A DNA stretch of 64,000 nucleotides from Penicillus capitatus. Its lineage: Eukaryota; Plantae; Chlorophyta. The notes under the pieces are model-generated. The model saw only the letters and a list, made by a program, of their open reading frames with translations. It made no database searches and was not told the origin of the DNA. Shown here one piece after another: positions 50,001 through 61,610 of the stretch. The translations under genes and the position numbers were made by a program. The DNA is taken from the NCBI GenBank assembly GCA_965649825.1, contig OZ287705.1, positions 507,978 through 571,977 on the forward strand, written 5' to 3'. Position 1 is the stretch's first letter. Each line of letters begins with the position of its first letter.

Positions 50001-50803
50001 CACAGAAGACTGAAGGTTCAACCTCTGAGATAAAGGAAAACGTAAACGAGGTAGAAGCCGAGACACAGAAGACTAAAACATCAACCGCAAAGCCAAAGGG
50101 AGAAGCCTCGAAGGCAGCAGACACTGCAAAGAAAACAAGAAGTACTGCTCCTAAGGCGAAGAAAGAAGTCAATAAGTTAAGAGATCGCTTAAAGAAGAGC
50201 AAAGGTGCATCGTCCAAGGCGACAGATTCTGAAGCAGAAGCAGTAGTGCCCACATGCTCTGCCGTCCACGGAGACAACACGTAAGAGCAATCAATCTCTA
50301 GCATCCATTCCAATCTCGCACCCTGGTGCACCAGGAGACACAAGTGCTACTGTGATGCTTGTGCGCTGGCCGTGCTCAAGGAAAACCTGAGCAGTGGCAA
50401 GGCGATCAGGTGCCCGGCGTGTCGAGAGGTGGTCCATCGGATCATCATGCAGGACGCCTTGGACGAAAGGAAGAGTCTGGGGATGCGCCGATGCAAGAGC
50501 GCCATGCTCGCCAGAGAGCTGCCACCGTCAGAGACGGCTGTCAGGAGGACGACCGAGAGGCTCGTGTTCGACGAGGACGTGGAGCAGATCATCATCCAGG
50601 AAGTGTTGGACAGGGGACCTCCCAGACTGCGCCCCTGCAAGAGCGCTGCCGAGTTCCCCGTCGTCGATGCATCTGACAAGACGGACTCCACGAAACTGCG
50701 CAGACGCAAGAGCTTCGCGGGAGGGATGAACGTGGCAAACGATCTGGATGACGACGACCCATGCAAGCTGCGCAGAAGCGAGAGCACAGATTTGCTTCTC
50801 TGA
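44001..50803 (+). CDS. MATH-RING-2: paralog of MATH-RING-1 (~6 MATH + ~5 Mdm2-type RING; start approximate)
   Basis: Colinear exon-for-exon with 28133-35137. Indels between the copies fall in introns or are in frame (72-nt deletion near 45827; no 69-bp triplication). Same C-terminus RRSESTDLLL* at 50803. Confidence 0.8.
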
Positions 50804-51781
50804 ACACATGCAATCGTTTTTTCTATCAAGCATCCGTCCGTTCAGAACTTTGCCAGAGGACGGTGGATTGCCGGCGTTCTACATTTTGTCTCGCATGAGG
50901 ACGGAAACCCGATTGGCGGGTTCATTGTTTCGCATGCCAACGAACTCGGATTGGCATGTGCTGTCTCTACCGTTACTGAGCTTCGCTGAATGTTGATCAC
51001 GAATCAACACATTCGACAAGCTCGATTTAATTATGGCCAAATGAATGCCCGATTCTCCAGTTATGTATGTCAAATCCAGTCAAGTTGGACTCTATGTTAG
51101 CAGTCTGGCCTGTTTCGTAAAAAAGATTGAGTTCCTCTACTGTGTTCCTCGCACGAATCGAATACGGTGATGGAGTGAAGAGACCCGACAAACTTCATCA
51201 ACCTCTCTGGCTCTGCTTCCGCGAAAGATTCTGTCGCGTTCACGATCTTCCAATCATCCGTTCGGCGACCCGAAAGCGTTACTGTTATCCATCCAGGCAA
51301 TCTTGACTCCGTGAAAGAAAAGACAGATTGTTCTGAGCAGCTCGACCGATTGTTCTGCACTCTCGAAATGCAATGCAAACGCAGAATCACTGTCAGATTC
51401 TGCCGTCCGCCGACGCATCTCCAAGGAGAAGAGTTCGAGTCTCGCCTAACTACTGTACACATTTCCTGTCTACCCGACAATGGTTAGTTGCTTGTTCGTC
51501 GTTAGCGTCCTCGTGGACGTCTCCGAGCACGCCGCCGCCTACTGCTGAGGATTTAATTAAGAAAGATGAAAACGGCAGAGTTGCGACTATTCCTGTCAGT
51601 CAGTCTGGCGATTACAAATGACGCCGACGGTATTACACAGCAAAGACATCGTCTATCGTCTAGGTCTAAAGTATCACGCATCTAAAGCGTTCGCTCGCAG
51701 TCTTCCCCGAATAAACATGGCTCCGCAGCGCAAAAAGAAAAGCATTCAGAGAAGGCCCGGCCTCGACACAGCGCTGACCGC

Positions 51782-54700
51782 TCAGGCAGCGGGGCACCCT
51801 TCGTCAGAGACGGCATCCGCGCACGGAGCCGAGTTGTGCCGATCTGGAGGACGGATGTTGCGCATCGTCGCGAACAGTTGGACTTTCCTCGCCAACTCGG
51901 GCACGAGGCTTCGGATCTTGACGGAGAAGGAAAGCAGGCCCATTCCGTTCTCATACGTCGCCAAGAAGTCAGGATTGAGCAGCTCCAGCTTCAGGTCCGT
52001 GATGAGGTGGACGCCCGCGTACATACGATAGAGAACGTAGGCGAAGAAGGCAACATTGGTGACGAAGGCAAAGACAAACATAGAGGTGCAGCCGAGCGGA
52101 CTGGATGTCGGGTCGATCGAAATGACGGCGGAATAGAAGACGACGATGGAGCAGACCAGCGACAGCGTCTCCAGATAGTTGAGATCGATGGAATTGTTCA
52201 CGGCGACCCACGCCTTCCCCAGTCCCGACAGACGGACGAGACGGAAGAGCCCTCCGGCGTAGTCGGGAAAGTAGGATGCGTTCTGCGGAACTTGAAACGG
52301 ACAGACGAGGGCTTGCAGGGCGACGGCCATGATCAGGATGCCCGCGCACAGCGTCGCCTGTAGACTGGGACTGAGGTGCACGGAGAAAGAGACGACGGCG
52401 GCGATCATCGTCTTCCTCGTGAGGATGACCGACTCCCACGACCTCCTGAACCACTCCTTCCGGTAAGCGCGGTAGATAAACCAGTAACGCGCGATGAACT
52501 CGTCGTCTCCTCTGTGCTTCGTGTTCAGAGGCAGCCAGACGATGATCAGCAGGACGAAGAGGAGGGCGAGCGCGAGGCCCAAGAAGCCGACGATGTCGAG
52601 GGGTAGGTGCGCTCCTTGGAAGCAGGTGACTTCCATATCCGCCGCCCACACCTGCCGTTCCATCGCCTCCCTGGTGTACTGCTTGTAGGGATGGTCTCCC
52701 GGCAGCAGCTCTTCGACCTCGACGCAGTTGACGGCCCTCAGCAGCTCTCTCACGATCTTGAGGTAGAAGAAGTGTATCGAGACGAGGGAGATGACGGTGA
52801 GATACGTCACGAGGCGCGCCAAGCTGATGCGTGACGATGGGCTGGCTGACGCGGATCTCCACGATTTGACGCGCAGGGCCAAGCAGCCGAGGGCGCACAC
52901 CAGTAGCAGAGCGACCAGGACGATCCAGGGAACGGCGAGCCGAGTCCACGCAGCGGCAATGGACGCGGGAACTGTGCCGTTCTGGAAAGAGCATTCGACT
53001 TCGGCGGACATGACGGCGAAAGAGAGACCGGAGAGGGAAGCTGCTCGCACACAGCGTCACTCTTCCGACAGCGTCTATCCTGACGTACCTTCGGCAGTGA
53101 GCAGACCCTCCACGTAGTGTCTCCATTCCAGATGCACCCCGAGCGCAACGCTGGTGATCTGCAGGTAGTTGATGAGGATCTAGAGGCGGCGCTGAATACC
53201 AAACGCAAGGGGGCGATACGGACGGAGCGCACCTTTAAGGTTTCCGTCAGCTGCACAGTGGTCACGAGGCACTTCGCGTGGAGGATCTGATCCTGGGTGG
53301 CGGCCGGTCCGTCGGCGGCGTCGGGACTCGCTACGAAGCACAACGCGATCGCAGCAGTTTCGGATGGCACCGAGGGCGAACCTCCAAACTGTCCACTTCG
53401 CCGTGGCTCGACGGCTGCCGTTCTGCTGATGTGACGCGTTCGCCTGAACAAGTGGCGCCTGTCTCTCAACGTCTCGCGTTCTTCGTGCTTGAGGTGCTCA
53501 ACGGTGGAGCCCATAGAGGCCAACGTGATGGCGCAGAAGACTCCGACGAAGAAGAACGGCCAGACGCAGCTCAGGAGGAGAAAACCTGTCGAGGAACCTC
53601 CCCTCGGACACTCTTCGCAGTTTCCCTCGTAGGAGTGACCGAATCCGGACGCGCAGGATCCGCAAAGGAATCCTTCGTAAGCTTCGCTGCACTGAGGGTA
53701 GTCTGCGAAGCTCGGCACGGGTCCTCTCTCGAGAAGGCGAATACCCTCGAGCACGCGGTCGGGATCGCCGTAGAACGACTCCAGCTTCTGCCTCCTGCCG
53801 TCGTAGACGCAGGCCTTCGCGTGGATGCATTCCCTGAAGACGGGAGAGAACGGATTGGAGTGCCAGTAGCCGTCCTGAGGCACCATTGCCGCGCCGCCGT
53901 GGCACTCGGCGTGGCTCTCGCAAGGTCTGCACGGCAGCGAAGGATCCAGTCCATAGAAGCCTCGAGGACACAGGCTGCACTCCTTGGCCACAGTCGTCTC
54001 GCCCACGTGGCACTCTCGCGTCGAGAAAGGGATCTCCAGTCGGATGCTTGGGTTGCTCTCGCTGACGATCGTCAGCGTGTCCGAGATGCCGATGCCGTAG
54101 GCAAAGGTGCTGTCGATCACGGCGACCCCTTCGACGGTCGTATACCGCAGGCCTCCCGTGATGGATTCGGAGACGAGCGCCAGCGTCAGATTGGCGTCGG
54201 CGATGCCACGGGTGATCGTCTGGTTGAACGCATCCTCCACAACGATGCGCAGCTCGGCGGAACAGGAGACGTTGCCTCTGTCCTCTTCGCACGGAACGGC
54301 CAGCTTCTCGCCGCTTGCGACGGTCTTCAGCGGTCCACGGTGCCCGACGACGGACAGCTGCGCGGCGTTGGATCCTGCGTTGGCTCCCTGGCCGTTTACC
54401 CGGCCAAGACACTCGTTGTCGTAGATGTCTGAGCAGTGAGCAAGCATCTGCTCGCGTTTCGGCTCGGAAGCATTGAACTGCCAGACGAGGACTCTGTCCC
54501 AGTCGCCTGGACGGCAGGAGAAGGCGATACCGTCCGGCAGCGAAGAGAACACTCCACCGGCGTACTCTGCTCTGTTTCGCGTGACAGTGACGTTGTGGAA
54601 AAGAAAGCGCTGACAGGAGGTGATGCCGAACAGCGCCGTGAAGCAGGACGTCCTGTTGGACTTGTTCCAGTACAGATCCTCCATCCGGACGGCCATACCA

Positions 54701-57075
54701 CCTGCGAAGATCGGTGGAGCGCGCGCTCGGCGTGTGCGACGAGGCTGACCTCCGACCACGGCTTCGTTCTCTGCGAAGAGTGCGTTCTGGAATGCGATCT
54801 CGACGATGCTGAAGGAGGCGACGCTCTGGAGCTCCAGATTGAAGCCGCCGCCACAGCCCTCTTCCGAAGCGGTCAAGTGTCTGACAGGACCCAGATGGCC
54901 GGTCTCGGCATCGACGTCGGGGAATGTTGTGTTCTCGGAAGGAATGGGCGAAAACGTCCGCCTCTCTTCGATCAGCCTCCCGATCTCTGGAGACGTCGAC
55001 CGCAGCGCTTTGTTCCCAGAGAAACGCGCTCCCTCGACCTGCGCAGCACGAACGGCTGAGACTGTGTGGCAGGCCTCGCAGGTGACATGCATTCAGTGTC
55101 GAAAAGGCGTGGCTTCCTGGCAGGTACTGCACGCCGCCGCCAACTGCCGCGATGTTGTTCCGTATGATGACCGGCCGTCCGTCGTCGGTTGCGAAAGTGA
55201 CGTTGGGAGCGTCGAGGATGTCGATGCCTCCGCCCACGATGGCGCGGTTGTCTTCGATCAACATGTCGCGGAACGCAACCGTCATCGACTGGCTCGTTAT
55301 CGTCAGTCCTCCACCGATGCCGTAAGCTGTGTTGTTTCGTATGACCAGCGCCGAGAGATCGAGCAGCCCTGCTACACGAACGACGGTTTGCTGCGAGAGA
55401 AACAACAATGAGCGAGGATGACGACCTCCGCTGTTCGACGCAATCGCGCCGCCGTAGTAGGCGTACGCCTCTTCGAGGACAGTCACGGCTTCCGGGTCGT
55501 CTGGATCGCGTTCGGTCTTGAGGAGGGTCGGTCCGGCGGAGAGAATGATGCCGCCGAAGAGGGATCTGCTTCGACGGAAGCGTGAACGGGAGATGGTCAT
55601 GTGGACGGCCATCAGACACAGCGAGCCGCCACTGACGATGGCGGCGTTTCTGTCGAACTGACACGCGGTGATTCTGCTGTCCGCGGCGGAGTTTCCCGTT
55701 CCTCGAAAGTACATAGCTCCTCCGACGACGGCTCGGTTGCCGAGGAAGAGCGAGTCCTTCAGTCTCCACGTGGCGGCGAGATCGTCCATCGCCTCATATG
55801 CCAGAGCTCCGCCTCTCTCGCCGTCGTGTTCGAAGAACACATCGACATTCAGCGCATCTCTCTGTGATCTGCAGAAGGCGACGTTGTCCTGGAAAACGGT
55901 GTCCGAGACAAAGAACACCCTGTCGAAGTCGGTATCCGATTCGCCGCCGCCCCTGTCTAACACGCTGACCGCGCCGCCACCCTGGCATCCCGTATTCTCC
56001 GAGAAGACGGAAGCTCGGATGTCGATGGAGAGGAGACTGCGTGCCAAGATGGCGCCGCCCGTGCCGAAGATGCGTCGCGTCTCGCTGCCGTTCGCCATAA
56101 ACGGCTCCTCTGCAATCTCGTCCGTCTTGATCCCCAGGGCTGCGTTCCTTGCAAACTCTGAATCCTCGACGGTGAGCGATGCGTTTCGGACGCTGCTTGC
56201 GTAGATGGCGCCTCCAGCGCTGGCTGCCGCGTTGCTCTCGAAGGTGGACATTCGGATGTCGAGGTCGGCATTCTCCGCAAATATGGCGCCGCCATCGAGT
56301 CCGCTGTTGTTGAGGAACACGCACTCGTGAAAGCGAAGCACTGCACGACGACAAGACGCTCCAGGGCAAGACTTGGTGCGAACAGCAGCGCCAGGTGCCG
56401 GACGCTCTGTCCGACCGTTCTGAGTAAACTCAACGGCATCGAACTCCACTGACTGTGCGCCTCTAAACGGAAATGACGTGTCTGGCTCAACGACGACAGC
56501 CGAATCACCACATCCGACGAAACGCAGGCGTTCAAGGCGGACGTCCGCTCCTCTGCAAAACCGCTCCCTGGGTCGATGGACGTTATGGCGAAAGGTCTGT
56601 CTCACCTGACGAACAATGCAGTGGCGGCGCCGTCTGGTCGACAGCGGATGGTCGTCGGCTCACTGCCTCTTCCTTCCAGGACGACAGCATCGCGACTGCG
56701 GATATGGACGGCGCTTCTCAGGGCGATCTCCTCGGAGACGAAGACGATTCTTGTGTCGACATCGGTCGCCGCGGCGGCGGCGGCGGCATCGCGGAGCTGA
56801 CGTTCCGAACGCACGGTGATCTCCCTTTCGCCCTGGCCTGGCGTAGCTCGACGTCGATTCCCATCTAGAACCAGACGCCTTGTCGAAAGCAGCTGTGCGG
56901 CTCTTCGGCGACCTCGTTGTCCGTGTACGCGTGGCAGCAGAAGGACGAGAGCGACCAAGACGAGCACGTGGAATGCCGTCGCGTTTCTTCTGATCGCGCG
57001 ATCCGTCGGACGGCGCGAAAGCGCATCGGGTATTCTCGTCTTTATCTCTTCGATGGCGAACAAACGAACTTTCAT
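51782..57075 (-). CDS. Large membrane protein: signal/anchor, POMP-type GGA(I/V)/FxxN beta-helix repeats, Cys-rich (ephrin-receptor-like/GCC) module, ~9 TM C-terminus
   Basis: Hydrophobic leader VLVLVALVLLLPRVHG. Repeats FLNNSGLDGGAIF, FESNAAASAGGAIY, FSENTGCQGGGAVSV, FLGNRAVVGGAMYF. Cys-rich CSLCPRGFYG..CRPCESHAECHGG..GYWH and CSEAYEGFLCGSCASG. Multi-TM segment KILINYLQI..FIARYWFIYRAYR..WESVILTRK. Introns include a GC donor at 55090. The ATG choice (57075) is uncertain. Confidence 0.85.
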
Positions 57076-57222
57076 GTTGAAGATTCCGAAAGCACAACGT
57101 TCTCGGCGGGATTGCGCCAACTGAGTGCGTCGCGTCGGAGGAATGACGTCATCCGTTGTCGACCGAGGCGAAAGACGCGACAGGTCGATTTGCATTGGCG
57201 GCTCCTTCGATCGACCACGACG

Positions 57223-58177
57223 ATGTCGACCAGCAAGAAGCCCGTGCCGGAGACGGTGCTTAAGTACCGCAAGCGCGTTGAGGCGTGGTCCGCCGAGAAG
57301 GCGGCGAAGGAGAAAGAGACGGCAAAGCGCATCGAAGAAAAGAAGAAGATCGTCTTCAAACGCGCCGAGGAATACGTCAAGGAGTACAGACAGCAGGCGA
57401 GCATGACGTCGGCATCCAGCCACGCCGCCATAAATTCCCTGTCTTCGCAGGAGGATGACCTGAGACGCATGGCCAGGGTCGCCCGCATAGAGAAGGGCTT
57501 CTATGTGCCTCCCGAGCCCAAACTGGCCTTCGTCATCCGCATCAAGGGCATCAATAAGATGCATCCCAAGGTACGGCGAACAGATCTTGGCTGAGACACA
57601 ACGGGAGTGCCTGTCCGTCTGCAGAGCCGCAAGATCATGCAGCTGCTGCGATTGAGACAGCTCTTCAACGGGATCTTCATCCGAATCAACAAAGCCACGG
57701 TGACGATGCTGCGATTGGTGGAGCCCTACATCGCCTGGGGATATCCCAACCGTAGGACCGTCTCGCAGCTGATCTACAAGCGCGGCTACGGCAAGGTACC
57801 TCTCGCCTCCCTGCTAAACGCATCTCCCTTCCATCTCTCTGCCCTCAGGTGAACGGAGATCGCATTCCGCTGAAGAACAACGAGATCATCGAGGACGTAA
57901 GTTTCCTTGCGCCGCCACCGCCGCCACTGTCGCCATAACTGACCCCTTTGCTTTGTTCTAGGTCCTGGGTCAGCACGACATTATCTGTATGGAGGATCTG
58001 GTGCACGAGATCTGGACGGTAGGTCCGCATTTCAAGGAGGCCAACAACTTCCTCTGGCCTTTCAAACTCAACGCCCCGCGCAACGGCATCAAGAAGAAGA
58101 GAAAGCACTTCGTCGAGGGCGGCCAGACGGGCAACAGAGAAGACTTCATCAATGACCTCATTCGTCGAATGAACTGA
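57223..58177 (+). CDS. RPL7: 60S ribosomal protein L7 (uL30)
   Basis: [26 protein letters not shown]|[28 protein letters not shown]|..[23 protein letters not shown]..|..[44 protein letters not shown]. Four introns; the first is GC-AG (57397-57450). Confidence 0.98.
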
Positions 58178-58185
58178 CGCCGCTG

Positions 58186-58190
58186 TGTAA
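58186..58190 (+). promoter_or_regulatory. TGTAA putative polyadenylation signal of RPL7
   Basis: TGTAA lies 9 nt after the RPL7 stop. UGUAA is the established main poly(A) signal in chlorophytes such as Chlamydomonas. Confidence 0.45.
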
Positions 58191-58248
58191 CGCGCGGCGT
58201 TTCGCATCGTATGCGTCTCTTGGGGCGCCGCCCTCAACGCTTCCGTAC

Positions 58249-59295
58249 ATGACGTCTATTGCACGATTCGCCAGATACTGTCTTCCTCTTTTCCTCTGCC
58301 TCTGGCCACTCTACTCCATCTTCTGCGCTGTACACTATCGCCTGTACGCCGCCTCGTTGGACAATGCCCTTCTTCTCGACAACGCATTCGAAGGCTACCT
58401 GCGCCACCCGACGCCAGACCTGATGTCCGGACGCCTCGACTCGGATACGGACGAAGGGCCACAGATGCGCAGCGCCTTCGTTGAAGGCTACCCCACACGG
58501 CAGCAGGAATTCGAATTGACCTTCACCAAAGACGTCCAACATCGCATGGCCTCTCCTTTCAAATCGCACGAGGACCTTCAATTCGTTCGGCATCTCTTTC
58601 GACCCATGGTCTCCTGCCCCTCCCTTCACCGAGTAGGCAACCGTTCGGCTGGTCACTGGATGTGCGGCATGCAGACGTTCCTCAAGAGAAAGCGCCAGTG
58701 TCAGGTCTATGCGTTTAACTGGAACATCACTGATGTGACGTTTGAGGAGGCGTTGCTGGAGGAGAGCGCCTGCGTCGTCCACGTCTTCGATCCCTTTCTC
58801 TCGGACGATGACAAGCAATGGCTGCGACAGAGGCATCCCAGTCTGAAGCTCCATGACTTTACGGTGGGGGTGGCACGCGATACGCGTTATCTCTTTGACG
58901 AACTGGATCCGGAACTCAAGTCGGTCGAAGAGAAGAATCTCTATCAGATTACGCAGATGCTGCGGCACTCGTGGATCGATGTGCTCAAGATCGATTACCG
59001 TGGAGAGACGTCGGTGAAGCTGAGCGAAATTGCGGCGCATTGGAAGACGATGCAGAAGACGACGAACGCGTCGATGGCCTTTCCGGTCGGCCAAGTGCTC
59101 TTCCGGATGCCCACTGGCGGCGGCGGCGGCGATGCCCTCCAGATTGCCCGAACGATCGTATCTCTCGTGAACCTGGGGATGGTTGTGTTTCACGCAGAGG
59201 TGCATGATGGGACAGAGCATCCCTGGGAGGACATCGCCTTCAGTTTCGTCAACCTAAAGGACCGGCGTACCTTCAGAGACGTCCATCGTGTCTAA
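58249..59295 (+). CDS. Intronless type II membrane protein, Methyltransf_22 / METTL24-like
   Basis: 348-aa ORF with an N-terminal anchor (YCLPLFLCLWPLYSIFCAV). Motifs CPSLHRVG..GHWMCG, CQVYAF..DVTFEEAL..CVVHVFDP and WIDVLKID match the family layout. Confidence 0.75.
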   Translation: MTSIARFARYCLPLFLCLWPLYSIFCAVHYRLYAASLDNALLLDNAFEGYLRHPTPDLMSGRLDSDTDEGPQMRSAFVEGYPTRQQEFELTFTKDVQHRMASPFKSHEDLQFVRHLFRPMVSCPSLHRVGNRSAGHWMCGMQTFLKRKRQCQVYAFNWNITDVTFEEALLEESACVVHVFDPFLSDDDKQWLRQRHPSLKLHDFTVGVARDTRYLFDELDPELKSVEEKNLYQITQMLRHSWIDVLKIDYRGETSVKLSEIAAHWKTMQKTTNASMAFPVGQVLFRMPTGGGGGDALQIARTIVSLVNLGMVVFHAEVHDGTEHPWEDIAFSFVNLKDRRTFRDVHRV

Positions 59296-59454
59296 CGAAT
59301 CGGCGGCGGACGTGCTTCGGGGAGTACTTGATGTGACAGCGTTCCCTCGCTTGTATCGGACAGACGTATATATAGGCAAGGGTATCGTCGGCAACGTTCT
59401 ATCTCTTCGGAACAACGAACGCGCCGTCGTTTGACGCTACTCGATTTTAGTGAG

Positions 59455-60491
59455 ATGCTTCGCCGCGTCGCATGGATCGCCGTTTTGATGATCACGCTTT
59501 CGCCTGCTCGCGGTACGTACCTTTAGGAAGCGACGTCAAGTTAAGTACTGAGGGTTAGGGCGGCGGGTTCTGAGGTCGTCTGGTGAGAGGGAGTATGGGA
59601 CGGCGGGTTCGAGTTCTTCCGCTAATGCGTTCTCGAGTGGAGGCAAAACCGTTGTCGAGGCGCTCAGCAGTTCCAACGCCTTTACTGCCATTCGCGACGC
59701 CGCCGCGTATTCCATTGCGGAGGCCGTTGCGTCGGTCCGTCGATGGCGTCTGCCTCGGATGGGCGTTCGATCTCTTCGCTGCGTTTCTAGGTGCACTATG
59801 GCGGATCGGTGGAAGCCGAGGCAGAAGCGATCGCCGTTTCGACGGCCGAAGCGGTGGCCAATGCATATGCCTCGTCCTATGGACAGGTCTACGTCGAAGG
59901 CCACGGATTCGGAATGGCCGACGCACAGTCGCACGCTGAAGCCTTTGCCGAGGCTGTTGCCTATGCCTACGCAGAAGCTTTCGCCATTGCGACGAGCGAC
60001 CGATACCAAGCCGTCGCCCATTCCGCCGCCGCCGCCATCTCCCGAGGCATCGCCCAAGCGCTCGTCCGCACCAGGTCAGGCAGCTGGCAAAAGAGTGACA
60101 TACAGAAAAGCGAGATCCGCGTCTGCTGTACAGAGTTTCGGTGAACCTCGAGGAGAAAGGCTACGCCACGGCTGCCAAGAGGGAGCACGTCGTCGCCGTG
60201 ACACGCGTCGTCGCTTCTGCCTTTGCGGACGCCTTGGCCACCGTCAAAGTTCACGAGCACCATTGCGCCGAACACCATTGTCACGAACACGACGGCCATG
60301 GCCACGATCACCATTGCCACGAACACCACGGCCATGGTCACGATCACCATTGTCACGAATACCATGGCGCCGACACGACTTCCGAAAGCAACGCCATCAG
60401 CGACAGCTACACTCAACACTCCACTCGCCGCCATTCCTCGCACTCGCGCTTCAGAAACCGTAAGCCGAACGGCGTTCTGCACGCTCCATAA
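59455..60491 (+). CDS. Secreted Ala/Ser-rich protein with a C-terminal His/Cys-rich repeat
   Basis: Signal peptide MLRRVAWIAVLMITLSPARG. Three GT-AG introns join RRVLRSS..SANAFSS.., VHYGGSVEAEAEAIAVSTAEAVANAYASS..AEAFAEAVAYAYAEAFA.. and ..HEHHCAEHHCHEHDGHGHDHHCHEHHGHGHDHHCHEYHG..; TAA at 60491. Confidence 0.75.
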
Positions 60492-60656
60492 CTGAACGGA
60501 CTTCTCCTAGGTGACGCCCGCCTTGTCGCGTGGGATAGCCATAAGCAGGAACCGCAGCAGGTCGCTCCAGACAGCCTTTACGCTTTCGGTTGGTAACTGT
60601 CCGATGGATGTCACACTTTTGTGAACGTCATTTAACATGTCTTCCGGTTCGACAGA

Positions 60657-61562
60657 TTAAGATACGCCGCCGCGCCGTGCCGCTTCGGCGGCGGACTTCT
60701 CATCTTCGATCTCTTTGACCAGTTTGTCGACGTCCTCATCCGAGAGCACGCGCAGCCCTGTGTCCTTTTCCATCACTGCCAGCTCGATCGTCTTGCTACT
60801 GGCTTCGACCGTTTCGAGCAGCGCCCGAAGCGCAAGTTTGATCGTCTGCGTTCCGGACGTCTCGACAAAGTGCTTCTCCAGGTAATCCTGCACCGTCTTA
60901 GAATTCTTCCCGATCGACGTGCCTTTCCACGAAGAGTAGATGCCGGACGGATCCGTCTGATAGAGCTTTGGCTCGCCCTCGGGGTCGAATCCCACAATCA
61001 ATGTCGAGATGCCAAACGGACGCACTCCTGTGCTTTGCGTAAACTTCTGCTGAGCACCTGTCACATCACATCACACAATGGCGGCGCCGCCATCGTGGAC
61101 CGGAGCCTACCTGCAACGTACTTCGTCAACGCATCGACTGAAATACGCTCATCCAATGAGAGCTGCGTGCTCAGCGCATGAACACGGGCCTTGTTGATCA
61201 GCACACGGGCGTCGGCTACGAGTCCAGCAAAGGCCAAACAGATATGCTCATCGATTTTCACGATCTTTCGAACCGTCCTGGCATCCTGCAGCTTTGCCAC
61301 CGACTTTTTCTCGATCCCTGTTCGCCATTTCTCAAAGCCCATACTTAAGGCAGACGCCAAGAGAGCTACCGAGGGCAATAATATCCTTTCCTTTGACGCC
61401 GACCGCCAATGTGCCTTTGCGCACCGCCTCCAAAGCATACTCCACCTGAAACCTATCAACCATCCGCCGCCAAGAGCTAAGCGTCGCTCAAGGGATCGTC
61501 TCCACGCACAGATGGCCATCGGGTGAGAAGACAGTGATCGCTCGATCGTACTTCGCCGCCAT
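60657..61562 (-). CDS. PSMA7: 20S proteasome subunit alpha 4 (alpha type-7)
   Basis: [18 protein letters not shown]|[79 protein letters not shown]..; TAA at 60657. Confidence 0.97.
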
Positions 61563-61610
61563 CGGCAATCGACGACGCAGACTTCCGTTGAACGAATAAT
61601 GACGCCGATC

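Noticed and set aside
51836-56868. Many long + strand ORFs (e.g. 51969-53126, 53278-54432, 55668-56204)
   Set aside because: They are antisense shadows of the GC-rich POMP-repeat gene and show no independent domain signal.
57076-57564. Upstream half of minus-strand ORF 56602-57564 as an N-terminal extension
   Set aside because: It is antisense to RPL7 coding sequence; only the part from ~57075 down fits a leader peptide.
58234-59220. 328-aa minus-strand ORF
   Set aside because: It is antisense to the methyltransferase-like CDS, which carries the recognisable motifs.
59550-59560. AGGGTTAGGG telomere-like motif
   Set aside because: Under two units, and it coincides with an intron 3' end.
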